Part shown: piece after piece, positions 54,601-64,000 of the stretch
Numbering within the stretch: position 1 is the first letter of the stretch
Layout: each line of letters starts with the position of its first letter
NCBI GenBank assembly: GCA_964016885.1
Contig: OZ024742.1
Location: forward strand, 164,734,001-164,798,000
From: Eledone cirrhosa
Lineage: Eukaryota
DNA: 64,000 nucleotides
Direction of reading: 5' to 3'
The notes under the pieces: generated by a model
What the model saw: the letters and a program-made list of their open reading frames with translations, nothing else
The model's database searches: none
Told to the model about the DNA's origin: nothing
Made by a program: the position numbers and the translations under genes

Positions 54601-55490
54601 TCCCCTTGAACGGCTGGAAATTATCTCCCCTTGGACGGCTGGAAATTATCTCCCCTTGGACGGCTAGAAATTACCTCTCCTTGGACGGCTGAAAATTATC
54701 TCCCCTTGGACGGCTGCAAATTATCTCCCCTTGATTTTTTAACAAATTATCTCCCCCTGATTTTTTTTTACAAATTACCTCCCCCTGATTTTTTTTTACA
54801 AATTATCTCCCCGTGATTTTTTTACAAATTATCTCCCCCTGATTTTTTTTACAATCTCCGCCTGATTTTTTTAAAAATTATCTTCCCTTGGCTGGCGGGA
54901 AATTATCTCCCCTTGGACGGCTGGAAATTATATCCCCTTGGAAGGATGGAAATTATCTCCCCTTGGACGGCTGGAAATTATCTCCCCTTGGACGGCTGGA
55001 AATTATCTCCCCTTGGACAGCTGGAAATTATCTGCCCTTGATTTTGTATTTACAAATTATCTCCCCCTGATTTTTTTTACAAATTATCTCCACCTGATTT
55101 TTTAAAAAATTATCTCCCCTTGGACGGCTGGAAATTATCTCCCCTTGATTTTTTACAAATTATCTCCCCCTGATTTTTTTTACAAATTATCTCCCCCTGA
55201 TTTTTTGTTACAAATTATCTCCCCCTGATTTTTTTACAAATTATCTCCCCCTGATTTTTTTTACAAATTATCTCCGCCTGATTTTTTTAAATATTATCTT
55301 CCCTTGGCTGGCGGGAAATTATCTCCCCTTGGACGGCTGAAAATTATCTCCCCTTGGACGGCTGGAAATTATCTCCCCTTGATTTTTTTACAAATTATCT
55401 CCCCCTGATTTTTTTTTACAAATTATCTCCCCCTGATTTTTTTTACAAATTATCTCCCCCTGATTTTTTTTTACAAATTATCTCCCCCTG
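33677..55490 (+). repeat. Large segmental duplication, copy 2 (about 21.8 kb; net 1,080 bp and 364 bp longer than copy 1 at two sites)
   Basis: Same offsets as copy 1. The offset steps by +1,080 near 48045-49200 and by +364 near 50552-50916. Confidence 0.95.
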
Positions 55491-58400
55491 ATTTTTTTTT
55501 ACAAATTATCTCCCCCTGATTTTTTTACAAATTATCTCCCCTTGGCTGGCTGGAAATTATCTCCCCTTGGAGGCTGGAATTTATCTCCCCTTGGACGGCT
55601 AGAAATTACCTCTCCTTGGACGGCTGGAAAATATGTCTCCTTGGACGGCTGGATATTATCTACCCTTGGACGGCTGGAAATTATCTCCCCTTGGACGGCT
55701 GGAAATTATCTCCCCTTGGACGGCTAGATATTACCTCCCCTTGGACGGCTGGAAATTATCTCCCCTTGATTTTTTTTACAAATTATCTCCCCCTGATTTT
55801 TTTTTACGAATTATCTCCCCCTGATTTTTTTTTACAAATTATCTCCGCCTGATTTTTTTTTAAAATTATCTCCCCTTGAACGGCTGGAAATTATCTCCCC
55901 TTGGACGGCTGGAAATTATCTCCCCTTGGACGGCTAGAAATTACCTCTCCTTGGACGGCTGAAAATTATCTCCCCTTGGACGGCTGCAAATTATCTCCCC
56001 TTGATTTTTTTAACAAATTATCTCCCCCTGATTTTTTTTTACAAATTATCTCCCCCTGATTTTTTTTTACAAATTATCTACGCCTAATTTTTTTTACAAA
56101 TTATCTCCCCCTGATTTTTTTTACAAATTATCTCCCCCTGATTTTTTTTACAAATTATCTCCCCCTGATTTTTTTTTACAAATTATCTCCCCCTGATTTT
56201 TTTACAAATTATCTCCCCCCTGATTTTTTTTACAATCTCCGCCTGATTTTTTTAAAAATTATCTTCCCTTGGCTGGCAGGAAATTATCTCCCCTTGGACG
56301 GCTGAAAATTATCTCCCCTTGGACGGCTGGAAATTATCTCCCCTTGATTTTTTTTACAAATTATCTCCCCCTGATTTTTTTTTACAAATTATCTCCCCCT
56401 GATTTTTTTTACAAATTATCTCCCCCTGATTTTTTTTTACAAATTATCTGCCCCTGATTTTTTTTACAAATTATCTCCCCCTGATTTTTTTACAAATTAT
56501 CTCCCCTTGGCTGGCTGGAAATTATCTCCCCTTGGAGGCTGGAATTTATCTCCCCTTGGACGGCTAGAAATTACCTCTCCTTGGACGGCTGGAAAATATT
56601 TCTCCTTGGACGGCTGGATATTATCTACCCTTGGACGGGTGGAAATTATCTCCCCTTGGACGGCTGGAAATTATCTCCCCTTGGACGGCTAGATATTACC
56701 TCCCCTTGGACGGCTGGAAATTATCTACCCTTGATTTTTTTTACAAATTATCTCCCCCTGATTTTTTTTACAAATTATCTCCACCTGATTTTTTTACAAA
56801 TTATCTCCCCCTGATTTTTTTTACAAATTATCTCCCCCTGATTTTTTTTTTACAAATTATCTCCCCCTGATTTTTTTACAAATTATCTCCCCCTGATTTT
56901 TTTTACAAATTATCTCCGCCTGATTTTTTTAAATATTATCTTCCCTTGGCTGGCGGGAAATTATCTCCCCTTGGACGGCTGAAAATTATCTCCCCTTGGA
57001 CGGCTGGAAATTATCTCCCCTTGATTTTTTTTACAAATTATCTCCCCCTGATTATTTTTTACAAATTATCTTTCCCTGATTTTTTTTTACAAATTATCTC
57101 CCCCTGATTTTTTATACAAATTATCTCCCCCTGATTTTTTTACAAATTATCTCCCCTTGGCTGGCTGGAAATTATCTCCCCTTGGAGGCTGGAATTTATC
57201 TCCCCTTGGACGGCTGGAAATTATCTCTCCTTGGACGGCTAGTAATTACCTCTCCTTGGACGGCTGGAAAATATGTCTCGTTGGAGGGCTGGAAATTATC
57301 TCCCCTTGGACGGCTGGAAATTATCTCCCCTTGGACGGCTGGAAATTATCTCTCCTTGGACGGCTAGAAATTACCTCTCCTTGGACGGCTGAAAATTATC
57401 TCCCCTTGGACGGCTAGATATTACCTCCCCTTGGACGGCTGGAAATTATCTCCCCTTGATTTTTTTTACAAATTATCTCCCCCTGATTTTTTTTACAAAT
57501 TATCTCCACCTGATTTTTTTACAAATTATCTCCCCCTGATTTTTTTTACAAATTATCTCCGCCTAATTTTTTTAAATATTATCTTCCCTTGGCTGGCGGG
57601 AAATTATCTCCCCTTGGACGGCTGAAAATTATCTCCCCTTGGACGGCTGGAAATTATCTCCCCTTGATTTTTTTTACAAATTATCTCCCCCTGATTTTTT
57701 TTTACAAATTATCTCCCCCTGATTTTTTTTTACAAATTATCTCCCCCTGATTTTTTTTTACAAATTATCTCCCCCTGATTTTTTTTACAAATTATCTCCC
57801 CTTGGCTGGCTGGAAATTATCTCCCCTTGGAGGCTGGAATTTATCTCCCCTTGGACGGCTAGAAATTACCTCTCCTTGGACGGCTGGAAAATATGTCCTT
57901 GGACGGCTGGATATTATCTACCCTTGGACGGCTGGAAATTATCTCCCCTTGGACGGCTGGAAATTATCTCCCCTTGGAGGCTGGAATTTATCTCCCCTTG
58001 GACGGCTAGAAATTACCTCTCCTTGGACGGCTGGAAAATATGTCCTTGGACGGCTGGATATTACCTCCCCTTGGACGGCTGGAAATTATCTCCCCTTGAT
58101 TTTTTTTACAAATAATCTCCCCCTGATTTTTTTTACAAATCTAATGATTTTTTAAAAAAAATTATCTCCCCTTCGCTGGCTGGAAATTATCTCCCCTTCG
58201 CTGGCTGGAAATTATCTCCCCTTGGACGCTGGAAATTATAGCCCCTTGGAGGGCTGGAAATTATCTTCCCTTGGACGGCTGGAAATTATCTCCCCTTGGC
58301 TCGAAATTATCTCCCCTTGGACGGCTAGAAATTATCTCTCTTTGGACGGCTGGAAATTATCTCCCTTTGATTTTTTTTACAAATTATCTCCCCCTGATTT

Positions 58401-61400
58401 TTTTTACAAATCTCCCCCTGATTTTTTAAAAAAAATTATCTCCCCTTCGCTGTCTGGAAATTATCTCCCCTTGGACACTGGAAATTATAGCCCCTTGGAG
58501 GGCTGGAAATTATCTTCCCTTGGACGGCTGGAAATTATCTCTGCTTGATTTTTTTTACAAATTATCTCCCCCTGATTTTTTTTTACAAATTATCCCCCCC
58601 GATTTTTTTTACAAATTATCTCCCCCTGATTTTTTTTACAAATTATCTCCCCTTGGACGGCTGGAAATTATCTCCCCTTGGACGGCTGGAAATTATCTCC
58701 CCTTGGACGGCTAGAAATTACCTCTCCTTGGACGACTGAAAATTATCTCCCCTTGGACGGCTGCAAATTATCTCCCCTTGATTTTTTTTACAAATTATCT
58801 CCGCCTGATTTTTTTTTTAAAATTATCTCCCCTTGGACGGCTGGAAATTACCTCCCCTTGGACGGCTGGAAATTATCTCCCCTTGGACGGCTAGAAATTA
58901 CCTCTCATTGGACGGCTGAAAATTATCTCCCCTTGGACGGCTGGAAATTATCTCCCCTTGATTTTTTTTTACAAATTATCTCCCCCTGATTTTTTTTTAC
59001 AAATTATCTCCCCCTGATTTTTTTTTTACAAATTATCTCCGCCTGATTTTTTTTTAAAATTATCTCTCCTTGGACGGCTGGATATTATCTCCCCTTTCAT
59101 TTTTTTTACAAATTATCTCCCCCTGATTTTTTTTTACAAATTATCTCCCCCTGATTTTTTTTTACAAATTATCTACCCCTAATTTTTTTTTACAAATTAT
59201 CTCCCCCTGATTTTTTTACAAATTATCTCCCCCTGATTTTTTTTACAAATTATCTCCGCCTGATTTTTTTAAATATTATCTTCTCTTGGCTGGCGGGAAA
59301 TTATCTCCCCTTGGACGGCTGAAAATTATCTCCCCTTGGACGGCTGGAAATTATCTCCCCTTGATTTTTTTTACAAATTATCTCCCCCTGATTTTTTTTT
59401 ACAAATTATCTCCCCCTGATTTTTTTTACAAATTATCTCCCCCTGATTTTTTTTTACAAATTATCTCCCCCTGATTTTTTTTACAAATTATCTCCCCCTG
59501 ATTTTTTTACAAATTATCTCCCCTTGGCTGGCTGGAAATTATCTCCCCTTGGAGGCTGGAATTTATCTCCCCTTGGACGGCTAGAAATTACCTCTCCTTG
59601 GACGGCTGGAAAATATGTCCTTGGACGGCTGGATATTATCTACCCTTGGACGGCTGGAAATTATCTCCCCTTGGACGGCTGGAAATTATCTCCCCTTGGA
59701 CGGCTAGATATTACCTCCCCTTGGACGGCTGGAAATTATCTCCCCTTGATTTTTTTTACAAATTATCCCCCCCTGATTTTTTTTTACAAATTATCTCCCC
59801 CTGATTTTTTTTTACAAATTATCTACCCCTGATTTTTTTTTACAAATTATCTCCCCCTGATTTTTTTTACAAATTATCTCTCCCTGATTTTTTTTTACAA
59901 ATTATCTCCCCCTGATTTTTTTTTACAAATTATCTACCCCTGATTTTTTTTTACAAATTATCTCCCCCTGATTTTTTTTACAAATTATCTCCCCCTGATT
60001 TTTTTTACAAATTATCTCCCCCTGATTTTTTTACAAATTATCTCCCCCCGATTTTTTTTACAAATTATCTCCGCCTAATTTTTTTAAATATTTTCTTCCC
60101 TTGGCTGGCGGGAAATTATCTCCCCTTGGACGGCTGAAAATTATCTCCCCTTGGACGGCTGGAAATTATCTCCCCTTGATTTTTTTACAAATTATCTCCC
60201 CCTGATTATTTTTTACAAATTATCTCCCCCTGATTTTTTTTTACAAATTATCTCCCTCTGATTTTTTTTACAAATTATCTCCCCTTGGCTGGCTGGAAAT
60301 TATCTCCCCTTGGAGGCTGGAATTTATCTCCACTTGGACGGTTAGAAATTACCTCTCCTTGGACTGCTGGAAAATATGTCTCCTTGGACGGCTGGAAATT
60401 ATCTCCCCTTGGACGGCTGGAAATTATCTCCCCTTGGACGGCTGGAAATTATCTCTCCTCGGACGACTAGAAATTACCTCTCCTTGGACAGCTGAAAATT
60501 ATCTCCCCTTGGACGGCTGGAAATTATCTCCCCTTGATTTTTTTTACAAATTATCTCCCCGATTTTTTTTTACAAATTATCTCCCCCTGATTTTTTTTTA
60601 CAAATTATCTCCCCCTGATTTTTTTTACAAATTATCTCCCCCTGATATTTTTTACAAATTATCTCCCCCTGATTTTTTAACAAATTATCTCCCCTTGGCT
60701 GGCTGGAAATTATCTCCCCTTGGAGGCTGGAATTTATCTCCCCTTGGACGGCTAGAAATTACCTCGCCTTGGACGGCTGGAAAATATGTCTCCTTGGACG
60801 GCTGGAAATTATCTCCCCTTGGACGGCTGGAAATTATCTCCCCTTGGACGGCTGGAAATTATCTCCCTTTGGACGGCTAGATATTACCTCCCCTTGGACG
60901 GCTGGAAATTATCTCCCCTTGATTTTTTTTACAAATTATCTCCCCCTGATTTTTTTTTACAAATTATCTCCCCCTGATTTTTTTTTACGAATTATCTCCC
61001 CCTGATTTTTTTTTACAAATTATCTCCGCCTGATTTTTTTTTTAAAATTATCTCCCCTTGAACGGCTGGAAATTATCTCCCCTTGGACGGCTGGAAATTA
61101 TCTCCCCTTGGACGGCTAGAAATTACCTCTCCTTGGACGGCTGAAAATTATCTCCCCTTGGACGGCTGCAAATTATCTCCCCTTGATTTTTTAACAAATT
61201 ATCTCCCCCTGATTTTTTTTTACAAATTACCTCCCCCTGATTTTTTTTTACAAATTATCTCCCCGTGATTTTTTTACAAATTATCTCCCCCTGATTTTTT
61301 TTACAATCTCCGCCTGATTTTTTTAAAAATTATCTTCCCTTGGCTGGCGGGAAATTATCTCCCCTTGGACGGCTGGAAATTATATCCCCTTGGAAGGATG

Positions 61401-64000
61401 GAAATTATCTCCCCTTGGACGGCTGGAAATTATCTCCCCTTGGACGGCTGGAAATTATCTCCCCTTGGACAGCTGGAAATTATCTGCCCTTGATTTTGTA
61501 TTTACAAATTATCTCCCCCTGATTTTTTTTACAAATTATCTCCACCTGATTTTTTAAAAAATTATCTCCCCTTGGACGGCTGGAAATTATCTCCCCTTGA
61601 TTTTTTACAAATTATCTCCCCCTGATTTTTTTTACAAATTATCTCCCCCTGATTTTTTGTTACAAATTATCTCCCCCTGATTTTTTTACAAATTATCTCC
61701 CCCTGATTTTTTTTACAAATTATCTCCGCCTGATTTTTTTAAATATTATCTTCCCTTGGCTGGCGGGAAATTATCTCCCCTTGGACGGCTGAAAATTATC
61801 TCCCCTTGGACGGCTGGAAATTATCTCCCCTTGATTTTTTTACAAATTATCTCCCCCTGATTTTTTTTTACAAATTATCTCCCCCTGATTTTTTTTACAA
61901 ATTATCTCCCCCTGATTTTTTTTTACAAATTATCTCCCCCTGATTTTTTTTTACAAATTATCTCCCCCTGATTTTTTTACAAATTATCTCCCCTTGGCTG
62001 GCTGGAAATTATCTCCCCTTGGAGGCTGGAATTTATCTCCCCTTGGACGGCTAGAAATTACCTCTCCTTGGACGGCTGGAAAATATGTCTCCTTGGACGG
62101 CTGGATATTATCTACCCTTGGACGGCTGGAAATTATCTCCCCTTGGACGGCTGGAAATTATCTCCCCTTGGACGGCTAGATATTACCTCCCCTTGGACGG
62201 CTGGAAATTATCTCCCCTTGATTTTTTTTACAAATTATCTCCCCCTGATTTTTTTTTACGAATTATCTCCCCCTGATTTTTTTTTACAAATTATCTCCGC
62301 CTGATTTTTTTTTAAAATTATCTCCCCTTGAACGGCTGGAAATTATCTCCCCTTGGACGGCTGGAAATTATCTCCCCTTGGACGGCTAGAAATTACCTCT
62401 CCTTGGACGGCTGAAAATTATCTCCCCTTGGACGGCTGCAAATTATCTCCCCTTGATTTTTTTAACAAATTATCTCCCCCTGATTTTTTTTTACAAATTA
62501 TCTCCCCCTGATTTTTTTTTACAAATTATCTACGCCTAATTTTTTTTACAAATTATCTCCCCCTGATTTTTTTTACAAATTATCTCCCCCTGATTTTTTT
62601 TACAAATTATCTCCCCCTGATTTTTTTTTACAAATTATCTCCCCCTGATTTTTTTACAAATTATCTCCCCCCTGATTTTTTTTACAATCTCCGCCTGATT
62701 TTTTTAAAAATTATCTTCCCTTGGCTGGCAGGAAATTATCTCCCCTTGGACGGCTGAAAATTATCTCCCCTTGGACGGCTGGAAATTATCTCCCCTTGAT
62801 TTTTTTTACAAATTATCTCCCCCTGATTTTTTTTTACAAATTATCTCCCCCTGATTTTTTTTACAAATTATCTCCCCCTGATTTTTTTTTACAAATTATC
62901 TGCCCCTGATTTTTTTTACAAATTATCTCCCCCTGATTTTTTTACAAATTATCTCCCCTTGGCTGGCTGGAAATTATCTCCCCTTGGAGGCTGGAATTTA
63001 TCTCCCCTTGGACGGCTAGAAATTACCTCTCCTTGGACGGCTGGAAAATATTTCTCCTTGGACGGCTGGATATTATCTACCCTTGGACGGGTGGAAATTA
63101 TCTCCCCTTGGACGGCTGGAAATTATCTCCCCTTGGACGGCTAGATATTACCTCCCCTTGGACGGCTGGAAATTATCTACCCTTGATTTTTTTTACAAAT
63201 TATCTCCCCCTGATTTTTTTTACAAATTATCTCCACCTGATTTTTTTACAAATTATCTCCCCCTGATTTTTTTTACAAATTATCTCCCCCTGATTTTTTT
63301 TTTACAAATTATCTCCCCCTGATTTTTTTACAAATTATCTCCCCCTGATTTTTTTTACAAATTATCTCCGCCTGATTTTTTTAAATATTATCTTCCCTTG
63401 GCTGGCGGGAAATTATCTCCCCTTGGACGGCTGAAAATTATCTCCCCTTGGACGGCTGGAAATTATCTCCCCTTGATTTTTTTTACAAATTATCTCCCCC
63501 TGATTATTTTTTACAAATTATCTTTCCCTGATTTTTTTTTACAAATTATCTCCCCCTGATTTTTTATACAAATTATCTCCCCCTGATTTTTTTACAAATT
63601 ATCTCCCCTTGGCTGGCTGGAAATTATCTCCCCTTGGAGGCTGGAATTTATCTCCCCTTGGACGGCTGGAAATTATCTCTCCTTGGACGGCTAGTAATTA
63701 CCTCTCCTTGGACGGCTGGAAAATATGTCTCGTTGGAGGGCTGGAAATTATCTCCCCTTGGACGGCTGGAAATTATCTCCCCTTGGACGGCTGGAAATTA
63801 TCTCTCCTTGGACGGCTAGAAATTACCTCTCCTTGGACGGCTGAAAATTATCTCCCCTTGGACGGCTAGATATTACCTCCCCTTGGACGGCTGGAAATTA
63901 TCTCCCCTTGATTTTTTTTACAAATTATCTCCCCCTGATTTTTTTTACAAATTATCTCCACCTGATTTTTTTACAAATTATCTCCCCCTGATTTTTTTTA
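54593..64000 (+). repeat. 6,452 bp period: 54593-57548 is repeated at 61045-64000 (second copy truncated by the window end)
   Basis: ORF pairs 54631/61083, 55542/61994, 56269/62721 and 57157/63609 are all exactly 6,452 apart. Shared private variants: GGCTGGCAGG, AATATTTCTCC, GGACGGGTGG, CTAGTAATTA and GTCTCGTTGG. Confidence 0.93.
58110..58550 (+). repeat. Most diverged patch of the satellite in this window
   Basis: Cluster of variants not seen elsewhere: ACAAATCTAATGATTTT, CCTTCGCTGGCTGG (twice), GGACGCTGG, a shortened CCTTGGCTCGAAA monomer, CTCCCTTTGA and TTCGCTGTCTGG. Confidence 0.85.

Larger units (their letters stand above)
1..64000 (+). repeat. Composite two-monomer satellite array (A: AAATTATCTCCCCTTGGACGGCTGG, 25 bp; B: AAATTATCTCCCCCTGA-T(6-10)-AC, about 25-29 bp); runs off both window ends
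   Basis: Every line of the window parses into head-to-tail copies of the core AAATTATCTCCCC(T/C)TG plus one of two linkers. I saw no inverted copy and no non-repeat insertion. Confidence 0.99.

Noticed and set aside
497-63869. All supplied ORFs (60-173 aa) as protein-coding genes
   Set aside because: They are overlapping translations of the repeat in all three frames, mostly opened at TTG within the core. The peptides just cycle through the monomer frames, and indels ignore codon phase. No recognisable domain is present.
1-64000. CRISPR array (constant repeat plus intervening 'spacer')
   Set aside because: The intervening segments are only about 9-13 bp and of two recurring types rather than unique spacers of about 26-45 bp. 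The constant part is only 16 bp, and no leader or cas genes are seen.
1-64000. Telomerase-made telomeric repeat (25-bp unit with G-rich strand, as in some budding yeasts)
   Set aside because: It does not match any telomere repeat I know. Fixed variant cassettes and multi-kb duplications point to recombinational amplification rather than templated addition, and no chromosome end is visible.
1-64000. Sequencing artefact (rolling-circle or MDA concatemer, or low-complexity basecalling noise)
   Set aside because: Nested periods with lineage-specific SNPs, stepwise monomer gains and losses, and a divergence gradient indicate real evolutionary history. Only the copy number of the largest blocks remains open to assembly error.
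1-64000. Plasmid iterons, integron attC sites or transposon terminal repeats
   Set aside because: There is no rep, integrase or transposase gene, no inverted repeats and no cassette ORFs. The copy number is far above that of iteron arrays.

Overview
The whole 64 kb window is one uninterrupted, single-orientation composite satellite (minisatellite-like) array. I found no unique sequence, credible gene, RNA gene, transposase or CRISPR locus. About 2,400 monomers (estimated as 64,000/~26) share a 16-bp core, AAATTATCTCCCC(T/C)TG. The core is followed by one of two alternative linkers: GACGGCTGG (monomer A, 25 bp, 52% GC) or A-T(6-10)-AC (monomer B, about 25-29 bp, about 30% GC). A and B occur in alternating runs built from a few stereotyped cassettes of variant monomers. 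These cassettes are organised into nested higher-order duplications with periods of about 1.23, 1.25, 1.63, 1.99, 3.37, 6.45, 8.1-8.2, 18.7-19.9 and 32.1-33.6 kb. The periods were derived from offsets between identical ORFs in the supplied track and confirmed with rare diagnostic variants. All listed ORFs are translation by-products of the repeat. The architecture looks like eukaryotic heterochromatic satellite DNA, but organism, chromosomal location and function cannot be determined from this window. Breakpoints were placed by eye and are accurate to about one or two monomers.
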